Assembly: GCF_016798325.1 (NCBI RefSeq)
Contig: NZ_JAERVO010000003.1
Coordinates: 455,608 to 519,607, forward strand
Source of the DNA: Marinobacter mangrovi
GTDB taxonomy: Bacteria; Pseudomonadota; Gammaproteobacteria; Pseudomonadales; Oleiphilaceae
Direction of reading: 5' to 3'
Length of the DNA: 64,000 nt
Below, piece after piece: positions 36,001-44,675 of the stretch. The translations under genes and the position numbers were made by a program. The notes under the pieces were generated by a model, which worked only from the letters and a program-made list of their open reading frames with translations, did not search any database and was not told the origin of the DNA. Within the stretch, counting starts at the first letter, position 1. Every line of letters starts with the position of its first letter.

Positions 36001-38292
36001 CTGATCGTCAGCACCCTGTGGCCGGCGATGCAGAGCGCAGGCCTACTTCGCTTTGGGCCGTTGCCGCGGGCGCTGGCGATGCTTTATTGGGCTCGGATTG
36101 AACCGGATCAGGGTGCTGCCCGGGTGTTGCGTTCGCGTTGCCTGTCGGCGGGCATCCTCAATCGCCTGATGAACGCGACCGAACTGATGACCACACTGGT
36201 CGAGGAAGTTCGCCCAGACCTCGCGGCGTTCGCCGCGCAGCATGACCTGCCGGCTGACGATGTGATTCTGGACAGTGCGGCGGAATACCTGGTCGTTCAA
36301 TTGGCTGATGAGACCGGTGACTTCGAGGTGACCCAGTACGCCAGCAGTCTGGCCAACGGGTTCGCGGAGGGCATGAAACAGAAGGGTCAGTACAGTCAGT
36401 TCGAGGAAGCGCTGGCCGTGGTGGCCGATCAGCCGGGCCCACGCTGGCGTATTACATCGCACTGGCTGACGGCCTGGGCAAAACAGTTTGGTGATGCCGC
36501 CACATTGCATTATCTGCCAGAAGCAATCGCTATGCTCAATGTGGGCGCTCGTCTGTCATTTCACGCCCGCAACGTAGAGTTGGCGTTTACGATTGAGGGG
36601 TTGCTGGGTCAGCACCCGCGCATTCAGGACCGCACGCTATCCCTGCAGCTTGATGAAGTCGATCAGCGCCTCCGCCATCACCGCGATGTGGTCATTCCTG
36701 GATGGAATCGATTGCAGGAAGTTCGTCAGGATGTGTTGGCCCGCTGGCGGGATCGCCTCCGACTGGAGGAATTCAAGCCGCGTCCACTGTCCTCGTTCGT
36801 GCGCAACAAGCTGATCAGCGAGAGTTATTTGCCCTTGATTGGTGACAACCTGGCCAAGCAGATGGGCACGGTGGGCGAGGATCGCCGCACCGACCTGATG
36901 GGCCTGCTGATGATGATCTCCCCGCCGGGCTACGGTAAGACCACTCTGATGGAATACGTCGCCAGCCGGCTGGGCCTGATCTTCATGAAGATCAACTGCC
37001 CGAGCCTGGGCCATGACGTTATCTCTCTGGACCCGGAAAAGGCTCCGCATTCCACCGCGGAAGCCGAGCTGATCAAGCTAAATTTGGCGCTGGAGATGGG
37101 CAACAACGTCATGCTGTACCTGGACGATATCCAGCACACGCATCCTGAGTTCCTGCAAAAATTCATCTCTCTCTGCGATGGCAGTCGACGAATTGAAGGG
37201 GTCTGGCGCGGGCGCACTCGAACGTACGATATGCGTGGAAAACGCTTCTGTGTGGTCATGGCCGGTAATCCCTACACCGAGAGCGGTGACGTATTCCAGG
37301 TGCCGGATATGCTTGCCAACCGGGCGGATATCTACAACCTCGGTGATGTGCTCAGCGGTATGGAAGATGTATTCGCCCTGTCCTATATCGAGAACAGTCT
37401 CAGCTCCAATAAGGTTCTGGCGCCGCTGGCCACGCGGGGTATGGACGACTTCTACCGATTTGCCGATCTGGCCGGGGGCCGGGAGGTGCCCAGTTCTGAG
37501 TTCGAACATGATTACAGCGGCGCTGAGCGAGAGGAAATTGTCAGTCTGTTGCAGAAAATGATTCGGGTGCGTGAAGTCGTCTTGAAAGTGAACCAGGCGT
37601 ATATCGCGTCCAGCGCGCAGGCAGAGGCCTATCGAACCGAGCCGCCATTCCGGCTTCAGGGCAGTTACCGCAATATGAACAAACTGGCTGAGAAGCTCTC
37701 CCCGGTCATGAGTGACGATGAGCTGGAAGACCTCATTGACGATCACTATCTCGGGGAAGCGCAGTTGCTGACTCAGGGCGCCGAGGAAAACCTGCTCAAG
37801 CTGAAGCACTTGCGGGGCACTCTGACAGAAGAAGAAAGCGGGCGCTGGCTCTCGATCTGCGAGGAATTCCAGCGCCGCCAGATGGCCGGTGGTGACGAGG
37901 AGACCGGCGCCAAGGTTGTGCGGCAACTTGGGCTGATCGTCGAAACTCTGGCTAAGCTGCGTGACTCGATTCCCGGCCAGGAAGGGGCGTCGAATGTCAT
38001 CCGGGACATCCTGTCGGCACAGCAGGCCGACTTTGGTCGTTTTGCAGAGACGCTTCGGGATGGCCTAAAGGGGGTTAACGTCGAGCCCGCAGTCACGGTC
38101 AATGTCGCCAGCCCGGCCGGATTGGGCGAAGCCCTGCAGGCGTTCGCCGACGTTTTTGAGCAGACTGTAGTGCCGCTTGTGCAACTCATGGACGGCAAGC
38201 TGGGCCTGGATCTCAAAACCCAGACGGAGATGAGCCGGGTATTGCGCACTGTGGAGGCCCTGCAGGCTCAGATCGAGGCGCGTGCGGAGTAA
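33055..38292 (+). CDS. Giant protein (1745 aa) with C-terminal MoxR/AAA_5-like ATPase domain
   Basis: Walker A 'SPPGYGKTTLMEY', Walker B 'VMLYLDDIQH', 'VVMAGNPYTESGDVFQVPDMLANRADIY' (MoxR-like sensor region); long helical N-terminal 1200 aa. Confidence 0.6.
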   Translation: MSTDRSELESIVREGTAFETIQKRLKEQGRQLRSSVESLNTTRSELFGSAGMQVLGRGRIRTENNSVARDVVRIGDRLLFGFNVQLGLRKALAIGDVFRLYGLKDSEDGFEVTEAPIEGSFLEDRRFQTDFRELQQYYSYATLSQLAIMSGMLLMSFRIGEKLSDRRVFRWELAANGEVSRYVDNRGERDLVFPGRFSFPWVTAGRDNQVQGRAPHLNIADTLFIDNLRGDITFKVENNTKTGEGIFSDPVDSDSQSLDDATFEYADLGEVILVRILPFGEDHWRYYLFNRVTKLVERNDAMGGSVVTLPENHGLIFPTGYYLSSGELKTFAVPDVDLRFERAIRSPNGEDVLYVFYGEDAGEVVLYRYNLIRKEADAPMIGHGFALFENGHLAIFNADSEPTLVHPLQLWTTPFMSESYHAQDAVGNDTLMGRIGNPELVRGIAEINSIVTLVEKSTASEQHYTTLIRTSDRVLNQFYWIGELGDEVQGNDLAGQLAQVRKTAELMLDEYEKVQSIRSQTAMAVSEAGEVQGKLLRSLKPDSWKTPDQFVAHLKQVRDHRGVVRTLRDRRYIDESAIEALEQELDQAEQRLTDRTFNFLATPAALDGYRKTLADLAQSVNDASSRDELAKCVEQYRELTAGLDMIQGMLASLSGDNASLETQITENISGIYARINQQRSEAEIRLKEQGSQEAKAQFAARMRLFEQSLSNGVGALTEPDACDGLMTRMLDQLQELESQFGEYDEFLAAILEQREAAHESIEARRQQLQDQRQRRINTLNDAADRILRNIARRTERFESQEELHAFFASDAMVAKVRSMAQELRDMGASMEADDCEGRLASERDSALRSVRDRADIYEDGGQVIRLGPRHRFSVNRQEVDLTLVPRDDRVLLHMTGTQYYEPIEDAELESLKSYWDMSQPSESEAVYRAEYLAFLVMGALQEETEESVNVANRDELADYIRRFASPRYREGYEKGIHDHDAALIVSTLWPAMQSAGLLRFGPLPRALAMLYWARIEPDQGAARVLRSRCLSAGILNRLMNATELMTTLVEEVRPDLAAFAAQHDLPADDVILDSAAEYLVVQLADETGDFEVTQYASSLANGFAEGMKQKGQYSQFEEALAVVADQPGPRWRITSHWLTAWAKQFGDAATLHYLPEAIAMLNVGARLSFHARNVELAFTIEGLLGQHPRIQDRTLSLQLDEVDQRLRHHRDVVIPGWNRLQEVRQDVLARWRDRLRLEEFKPRPLSSFVRNKLISESYLPLIGDNLAKQMGTVGEDRRTDLMGLLMMISPPGYGKTTLMEYVASRLGLIFMKINCPSLGHDVISLDPEKAPHSTAEAELIKLNLALEMGNNVMLYLDDIQHTHPEFLQKFISLCDGSRRIEGVWRGRTRTYDMRGKRFCVVMAGNPYTESGDVFQVPDMLANRADIYNLGDVLSGMEDVFALSYIENSLSSNKVLAPLATRGMDDFYRFADLAGGREVPSSEFEHDYSGAEREEIVSLLQKMIRVREVVLKVNQAYIASSAQAEAYRTEPPFRLQGSYRNMNKLAEKLSPVMSDDELEDLIDDHYLGEAQLLTQGAEENLLKLKHLRGTLTEEESGRWLSICEEFQRRQMAGGDEETGAKVVRQLGLIVETLAKLRDSIPGQEGASNVIRDILSAQQADFGRFAETLRDGLKGVNVEPAVTVNVASPAGLGEALQAFADVFEQTVVPLVQLMDGKLGLDLKTQTEMSRVLRTVEALQAQIEARAE

Positions 38293-38331
38293 ATTCGTCC
38301 CTCAGAGATCAGGGGCGACAATTAACAAGGA

Positions 38332-38535
38332 GTGTTTGTGAGCACATTGGAAGTGTTTCTCGAGAGCCGGGAGAAAGATGGCGTTTGGCTATTCAATCGC
38401 CGCTGGCGGGATTGCCCGTTCTACGGGATCTATGATGACGAACGCGGCGACGACGTATGGCAGTCGTCTTCGGATTTTTATCTGCAAAATGCCAGTTCTT
38501 GGGTGACTCTCAGCCGTTGCGATGCTGACGACTGA
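38332..38535 (+). CDS. Small hypothetical ORF
   Basis: 67-aa ORF right after the giant gene; weak support. Confidence 0.2.
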   Translation: MFVSTLEVFLESREKDGVWLFNRRWRDCPFYGIYDDERGDDVWQSSSDFYLQNASSWVTLSRCDADD

Positions 38536-38640
38536 AGGGTTGCTGCGTAGCATCCGGATATAGCGGAAGTGTTTTGATGAGCAGGCCCGTGCCTTTTGAA
38601 CACCATGGAATGGAAAAATAACCCAAAGGAGTGTGGCTGA

Positions 38641-39354
38641 ATGTACTTGGAGTACGTGCCGGCTGAGCAACAGTATGATTATTATGCGAAAGAGTGTTAT
38701 GCAAACTCAATGTCTGGGTCGAGTTTTCATGTTTTCCAGAAAAGCGTGCGGCTGGTTGATGATAAAGTCATTGCGGCCTCTTTCATTAAAGGCATAACGG
38801 TACTTCGACTTAAAGATATAAAATTCATCGAGTTGAGAGTCGACCATTCTGACGCTTCGGTCTGCTGTAATATATGGGGGCATTCCGGAACAGGTTATAT
38901 CACGCTTTGTGATTACAGCCTCGTTAATGGGTTAAATGCCGTCGCGGAGGTCAAAAGAAAGGAGTTCGTATCGTTCATCGAGACTTTGCTTGGACGTTTG
39001 AAGGAATTGGATCTGGCACAGCAAGTGGAATGCAAATATGTTGGACCAGAAACGATAAAAATTGAACTGATCGAGATGTTTTGGTCTTTTCTCTTTGCGC
39101 CAATCGTTATGACTATTCTTATGACGCTCATGATAGTGGTAGGCGTTCCAAGTTCTTCGACCGTAATGACGACAATATGCGTTGTACTCGTTTTCCCGCT
39201 CATGTTTTTGGGATGGTATATCAGCCCCCGCGTTGTGGATTCTCTGTGTGAAACGTGTGTGATTACTTATCCGGTGCTTCCGGAACGGCTATTCGAACTG
39301 GCCGACGGCGTCATCACCAGAGATTTATCGAAAGAAGACGAGGATAAAAAGTGA
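38641..39354 (+). CDS. Hypothetical membrane protein (low-GC gene)
   Basis: 237 aa, two C-terminal TM helices, AT-rich codon usage unlike neighbours. Confidence 0.4.
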   Translation: MYLEYVPAEQQYDYYAKECYANSMSGSSFHVFQKSVRLVDDKVIAASFIKGITVLRLKDIKFIELRVDHSDASVCCNIWGHSGTGYITLCDYSLVNGLNAVAEVKRKEFVSFIETLLGRLKELDLAQQVECKYVGPETIKIELIEMFWSFLFAPIVMTILMTLMIVVGVPSSSTVMTTICVVLVFPLMFLGWYISPRVVDSLCETCVITYPVLPERLFELADGVITRDLSKEDEDKK

Positions 39355-40586
39355 GGGGTTGCGCCTAGTCGGCGAGTCGATACGGCGCTGGCCCCTGTCG
39401 TTCGGTGGATGATGTGCGGCTTTTGGGCTGATTTTCGAAGTTTCATATTTAGCGAGAGATTATATCTCAAACTATTCATGAGAGTTCATCGGGTGGCGTG
39501 CTCACCCTGTTGTTATCGCTGCTCATAGGCATTTCTTTGTTTCCGTTGTGCGCGATGGACAAGGATTAACGGTAGGCTCTGCGTCTGACCCGAACCTTGC
39601 CATTCCGTTCTGTTCGTCACCAAGCTGGCTCTTCGTAGAATGAAGGTTCGAATCAAAGCGCGGTATTAAAGTTCAGCTTGATCTCCAGAGAATGCAAGCA
39701 TGACACCCATGCTGGGAAAAGCGTCGTCGTCCGACTCATCGAAAGAGGTGTTTGGGGCGTCGGCCTTGCAGCTGGAAACCGCCAAGCGACGGGATAACCG
39801 TTGGTACTTGGTGGGGCTCAGAGCCGCCAGCGAAGATCGTCTTGGGTCGGATAACGAGAATCCGGGACGACTCGTTAAGAGGCCTTTTGCCCCGAGCTAG
39901 ACCCAATTTGGAGCCGATGCGAGGTGATGTCTCTGTTGTAGGCGAGCCAGTGACTGACTTGCCAGCTGCGCCCACTGTGATTTCACGGTTCCATTCCGTA
40001 TAGTCACGGCTGTCTGAAAGCCCGTGTGGTATTATGGCAAGCGCGTAAGCATACAGCGCCTGGCGGAATTCTGCGTTCTTGGTCTCTTCGTCGGCATGCG
40101 AGATCCGCGACTGGTCCAGCGACACCGTCCTGCGGACCGAAACGTCTTCGTCCGCCTCCAATGTCTGTTCTTCAATCTGTTCGTACCCTTAGGCGGAGAT
40201 CACTCTTCTGCGAGTCGATATTTGCGGACGCTAACGAGTCGGCCATCGGGAAAAATGGGCGCTACGATGGCGCCAGTCAGGGATTCCAACTGATCAAACG
40301 TGATGGCCTCTATATCCCGGTACAGATGTCCGTCAACGAAACCGGAGAGACCTACGCGGCAATCAGGTGTCCAAGCGGGCGTTTTTCAGTCGCTGGGTGA
40401 GTAAGAGTAAAAGAGTTCCCACAATCGTGGTCGGGCACCGATGCCGTATCGGTTGGCCGAGCGATCGCTACATCGTTTAGGCAGCGAAATCGGAAAAAGC
40501 TGCAAAACGCGTACTTGATGCGGGAGCCAGTTGGCGTAAGGGCGGCCTGAGCTTTTGCCACTTGCAGACGATTTCAGTTTTGTAAT

Positions 40587-41291
40587 GTGTGTTGTATCAT
40601 TTGTCCCGCAGTCATCCTGCAGGAGGCAGGGTGTGGAAACCATGGAAAGGATTCGATGTTATTACCCCCCGAAATTTGCTTCGCGGCTATGTCCCTCGAA
40701 GTGCTCGAAGACCTGTCTTACGATGTAGTGCGTAAAAATCCAACGGCAACGGTGACGCCGATAAACGCTCGAGGGCGTCCAGCCGACTGGTCGTCTGGAA
40801 AGGTTTTTGCGTTTAAGGTCCAGGAGGATGGCCAGAACAAACCCTTCATGATCGTTACGACCAAGTCCGCGATGCTCATGCCGGAAAGAGCCTCTCCCGA
40901 CGTGTTTGACGTATCGGTCCGTATAGTGCGTGCCCGTGTCAACTACACGGAGCCTCAGCCCGAAATCGCCGTGGGCTTGTTGGCGACGGCCGGTTTTGCA
41001 GCTTTGTTTTACTACACGCTAATTCATCAAATCGTCCCACGTGGGCCTTTGATTACCTGCATCGTGCTGGTGGCGGTGTGCTTGCTCTTGGCTGGGCTGA
41101 TTCTGCTTGTGATGCGGTTGTATAAGGCTCCAGAGCGCGGCCGCAGTAAGTTGGGTGTAGTCTTGCTGCTCCCGGGCCTGTTTGCGGTTATGCCAATAGG
41201 CCTCCTTAACCTCCCGTTGCTCCATTACATCCGTCGCAAGCACGGTGAGCAATTGTTGCCCACTCGGGTTGTTTCGACGGAGATCAACTGA
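40587..41291 (+). CDS. Hypothetical membrane protein
   Basis: 234 aa, TM helices in C-terminal half; start uncertain. Confidence 0.35.
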   Translation: MCCIICPAVILQEAGCGNHGKDSMLLPPEICFAAMSLEVLEDLSYDVVRKNPTATVTPINARGRPADWSSGKVFAFKVQEDGQNKPFMIVTTKSAMLMPERASPDVFDVSVRIVRARVNYTEPQPEIAVGLLATAGFAALFYYTLIHQIVPRGPLITCIVLVAVCLLLAGLILLVMRLYKAPERGRSKLGVVLLLPGLFAVMPIGLLNLPLLHYIRRKHGEQLLPTRVVSTEIN

Positions 41292-41529
41292 GAGCGATCC
41301 TAAACCAGACCTGGCAGTCGCGCTGTGACTCGGTGTGATGAATCCGGCCGAGCACGGCAGCGCACTCCGGAATAGTCTGCAATGTGTAGACAGGGCGCAT
41401 CAAAAGGATCAGCTGTCCCGTGTGCCCGAGACATTAAATGTGATTGATTCCAGAAATCATAACCGGGAATTTGCTGCCCCAACTCTGATGAGGCTTGGGT
41501 TCAAGAGATAAGCCATCAAGGATGAAATA

Positions 41530-41868
41530 GTGAGTGACGAAACTAAAGCCATGTGTATGTCGTGCCAAGGTCCTAATCAGCTTTCCCAGGAAGATCTGGC
41601 GCAACTCGGTAAGTCCGAACCGATCGCCTGCGGTGAATGCGGCGCAATGGTAAAAATCAAGCCTGACCCGGATGGAGAGCGGAAGGCGATGTTGTCGGTT
41701 TTGACCTTGACCGCCGGAGCTTTGATCGTTTGCGTCGTGGCCTTGATCAATCTATTTGGTGATGCCGGTTTCCCGACTTACTTTGTGGCCATTCCATTCA
41801 TTTTGATTTCAACGCTTTTGGTGTCGATCCAGAGCGCTAATGTGATCAAACTGCAGCCCGTCGACTGA
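41530..41868 (+). CDS. Zinc-ribbon (CxxC...CxxC) membrane protein
   Basis: 'CMSCQG' and 'CGECG' pairs followed by two TM helices. Confidence 0.4.
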   Translation: MSDETKAMCMSCQGPNQLSQEDLAQLGKSEPIACGECGAMVKIKPDPDGERKAMLSVLTLTAGALIVCVVALINLFGDAGFPTYFVAIPFILISTLLVSIQSANVIKLQPVD

Positions 41869-42034
41869 GGTCACCGGCCTAAGAGGAGGGTGGCCCGCAT
41901 GTTTGGGACCTCAAGGAGAAACCATCAGTCTTTCAAACCTGCACCTTAATTCCCTTGATATCCGCTCAATTCTGGCCCTTTAAAACTTAACTTGACCTAG
42001 GATTTTTCATGTTCAAGTTTTTGCTTCTTTCAAG

Positions 42035-42217
42035 TTGTACTCGAAGGTTTATAAAGGCTGGCTTCTCCAAGGTGACAATAATACTGACTATGCTGTTTCC
42101 GCGGATGGCCAGTGGCTGGCAGGTCATAACGTAAAGGCTTGGGACCGTTCCCGCGAAGCGTATGTGGATCAAAAGGTTTCACACACGATGGACGATCTGG
42201 ATGTTGAGCAGCGGTAG
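42035..42217 (+). pseudogene. Remnant of the 3' end of an A2-cognate effector gene (tail '...SHTMDDLDVEQR*')
   Basis: The same tail 'MMDDLDVEQRQ' and the following about 170 nt recur at 9486-9660 upstream of the other A2/A3 paralogs. Confidence 0.45.
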
Positions 42218-42283
42218 TCGCGGCCTGTTTCTCTAGGACTTTGGGGGAACATTCAATTTCAAAGATGGTGGAGGAGCAGGGGG

Positions 42284-43309
42284 TTGACTGATCTTGAGAA
42301 GAGTGAACATAGCGGGGCTCCATACTCGGAAACGGCCTATCGCTCCGATGATATTCCCGTTCTGCCCACCGGTGGGCACCCCAAGTTGGATAAGGTATTT
42401 GAACGGCTCCCTTGGGGGAATTATCAAACACCGGTCGTTCCCAATACAGTAGAGACTCAACTTGCCTATGCCAGTCTTTTCAAAGATGAAAAGGACACTG
42501 AAGATGGGTTTCCGTGGGGTGAAGAAAAGATAGCCATTGGGAAAGGTTTTCTGAACGGGTTTCAGGCATTTTTGTACATTACGTATATGTGTGCTTGGTT
42601 GGCTTCGTTAGTTGCTTTGATACCGCTAACAATTAGCTTTTTCTCACTATTTTTACATGGATTCAGCGTCGCCAGCCTTTATAATATTCTATCCGCTTAT
42701 GGGGTTATGTATGCAATCATAGGGGGGCTTTTTTTCGGAGGAAAATACGGTCGCTTGATGTTGGCTTATCTTACCGAAAAACGCCAAAGAGCAAACCCAA
42801 CCGGCCTCTATCGCCGCGAAGGGTTGGTCCGCATAAAAACCCGAAAAGAGGTTTTTTCCGCACCCTTTATTGAGTTCGATGCGTATTGTGTCCATTCCCC
42901 TTCCGGTCGTGGTGGCCGTTATTACAACCTTGTCCTCCAGCATCGCTACAGCGACGAACAGCTCTGGATGAAGGGGATGGTGGCCGATGTGATGAATCGG
43001 CAAGACGTCTACGCGTACTGGGACATGGTCCAGCAGTTCATGGACGTGAGTCACCCTCTGCCGGACGTACCGGTCTTTGAGCCCTTCCGTCATCGCGATC
43101 CAGTGACCGCCGAAGAGGACGCCCGTACCGGGCGTGATCCATTCCATTGGCGCAAAATCACGCCGGAATCTTGGCGGGAGCATTACGAATCAAAATATCG
43201 AGCGCGGCTACACAATGCGAACTGGAATCGCCCCTGCATTATGGACGCTCGTATTGAAGGGCGCGGGATACCGATCAAGGATGAACCTCAGGGCCGCATG
43301 TTGGCTTAG
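42284..43309 (+). CDS. A2-type candidate immunity protein (intact copy)
   Basis: 341 aa; colinear with the pseudogene 8487..9485; 'FIEFDAYCVHSPSGRGGRYYNLVLQHRYS', 'YAYWDMVQQFMDVSHPLPDVPVFEPFRHRDPVT'. Confidence 0.55.
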   Translation: MTDLEKSEHSGAPYSETAYRSDDIPVLPTGGHPKLDKVFERLPWGNYQTPVVPNTVETQLAYASLFKDEKDTEDGFPWGEEKIAIGKGFLNGFQAFLYITYMCAWLASLVALIPLTISFFSLFLHGFSVASLYNILSAYGVMYAIIGGLFFGGKYGRLMLAYLTEKRQRANPTGLYRREGLVRIKTRKEVFSAPFIEFDAYCVHSPSGRGGRYYNLVLQHRYSDEQLWMKGMVADVMNRQDVYAYWDMVQQFMDVSHPLPDVPVFEPFRHRDPVTAEEDARTGRDPFHWRKITPESWREHYESKYRARLHNANWNRPCIMDARIEGRGIPIKDEPQGRMLA

Positions 43310-43333
43310 GAGCAAAAGGGCCTGTTCGGAAAC

Positions 43334-43540
43334 GTGGTCAGTCGGGAGATCGTGAAGTACTCGTGGAGCGCCCGTGTCCAGATCCGCATTGGCAAGAAGG
43401 ACGACCTGATGGTTTTCCCTGCGCCCTTGCCGGACTCTTCATTAACGTACGATAAAAACAATGAAGAACACACCAAGCCGGATTTCTCCGAAACGGACAG
43501 GGTTTTCTGGTTCGATGAAAAGGTGGTTCAACGTGGATAG
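43334..43540 (+). pseudogene. Remnant of the last about 68 codons of an effector gene (divergent homolog of the 1998..6062 tail)
   Basis: 'VKYSWSARVQIRIGKKDDLMVFPAPLPDSSLTYDKNNEEHTKPDFSETDRVFWFDEKVVQRG*'. Confidence 0.6.
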
Positions 43541-44588
43541 TGTTGTAGAAATGCCGAGGCAGACAACTGGTTATTATGCCGATACCGCCTATCGACCGGA
43601 TCGCATACCGGAGCAACCTCCCCAGCATGAGGACCACAACCAATCCGCGCTGGGGCGTTTTGGCACCGCGCGCTTGCCGTGGGGGCATACGGAACCGGTT
43701 GTACCGATTATTGTTTTCGCGAAGGCCCCCCCAAAACTACTGCGTTGGCATGAAGAGCAGGGGGATCCCCTCGAGGGCACTGGCTATCAGGGGCGGATGG
43801 ATCATGAGTGCTTTCGGTATGCACCGCTGGCTAGGCGTTTTCAGGTTTTAAATTTGTCCGAGATTTTTTCCAGATTAACGGTCCTTATTTTTGGCCCTTT
43901 GATGATATTGACGCTGATTATTGGATCGTTTATTTCGTCAGACAAGAATTACTGGCATAGCTTAATTGACGAGTGGCAATCCTTTGCCATGATGTTTGGA
44001 ATTCCAATCGGAATCTGGGTTGTTTCCCGGGTTTTGGGGAAGTTATTTTTAGGTTGGTTCTTGAAAGCAGGAAAAGGCCCTCTATGGGAGCTGAACCGCC
44101 GCACCGGCATGGTCACCGTATGGACCTACCCTCCAAAATTCCCCTTCATTCCGCGCGGCAAGCCAGAGGTCTTCAAGGTGCCATTTGTGGAGTTTGACGC
44201 CTGGGTCAGTACCCGTGGTGACCGGGCCGGGATCCTGAACCGTCTCCATCTGTTCCATCGTTACAGCAAGTGCGATGCGGGCGTTGGTGCCATCGGTGGT
44301 AACACCAGCATGCCCGAACCCTGCTATGCCCTTTGGGACTTCGTACAAAACTACATGGACGTGACCCAGCCCTTGCCCGATATCCCGATCTGGGAAGCCC
44401 ACCGCCACCTGGACCCGGTCACGGCCGAGCACGACCGGCAAACCAACCGCCCGGAACGCTACTGGCGCGATATGGACGACGACACCTTCAAGGCCTGTGA
44501 GCGCGAGATGCACTATCGAGTCCACGCACTGCGCATCCTGAGCCGGCCGAACATTATGGCCGAGAAGACGGTTTACGCGAGCTACTAG
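43515..44588 (+). CDS. A1-type candidate immunity protein (orphan copy)
   Basis: Overlaps the remnant as in the other A1 cassettes; the 3' half is nearly identical in nucleotide sequence to 18330-18848 and 7146-7424. Confidence 0.55.
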   Translation: MKRWFNVDSVVEMPRQTTGYYADTAYRPDRIPEQPPQHEDHNQSALGRFGTARLPWGHTEPVVPIIVFAKAPPKLLRWHEEQGDPLEGTGYQGRMDHECFRYAPLARRFQVLNLSEIFSRLTVLIFGPLMILTLIIGSFISSDKNYWHSLIDEWQSFAMMFGIPIGIWVVSRVLGKLFLGWFLKAGKGPLWELNRRTGMVTVWTYPPKFPFIPRGKPEVFKVPFVEFDAWVSTRGDRAGILNRLHLFHRYSKCDAGVGAIGGNTSMPEPCYALWDFVQNYMDVTQPLPDIPIWEAHRHLDPVTAEHDRQTNRPERYWRDMDDDTFKACEREMHYRVHALRILSRPNIMAEKTVYASY

Positions 44589-44639
44589 CCGGTACACGGT
44601 TCATCGTTGAGTGGTTTCCCAGGGAAGGGAAGCTGAAAT

Positions 44640-44675
44640 GCAAGCAAACCCTTAATTCACCACAAGGACTGTGAA
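44640..44675 (+). repeat. Ligase leader repeat (copy 4)
   Basis: Same core; the wider match 44585-44675 equals 7425-7511. Confidence 0.75.

Noticed and set aside
39400-40600. Several 60-140-aa ORFs on both strands in the AT-richer stretch
   Set aside because: They overlap each other, lack start contexts and have no family resemblance. The region is more likely decayed or non-coding. The T-loop-like 'ggttcgaatc' at 39655-39664 has no acceptor or anticodon stems, so no tRNA is called.
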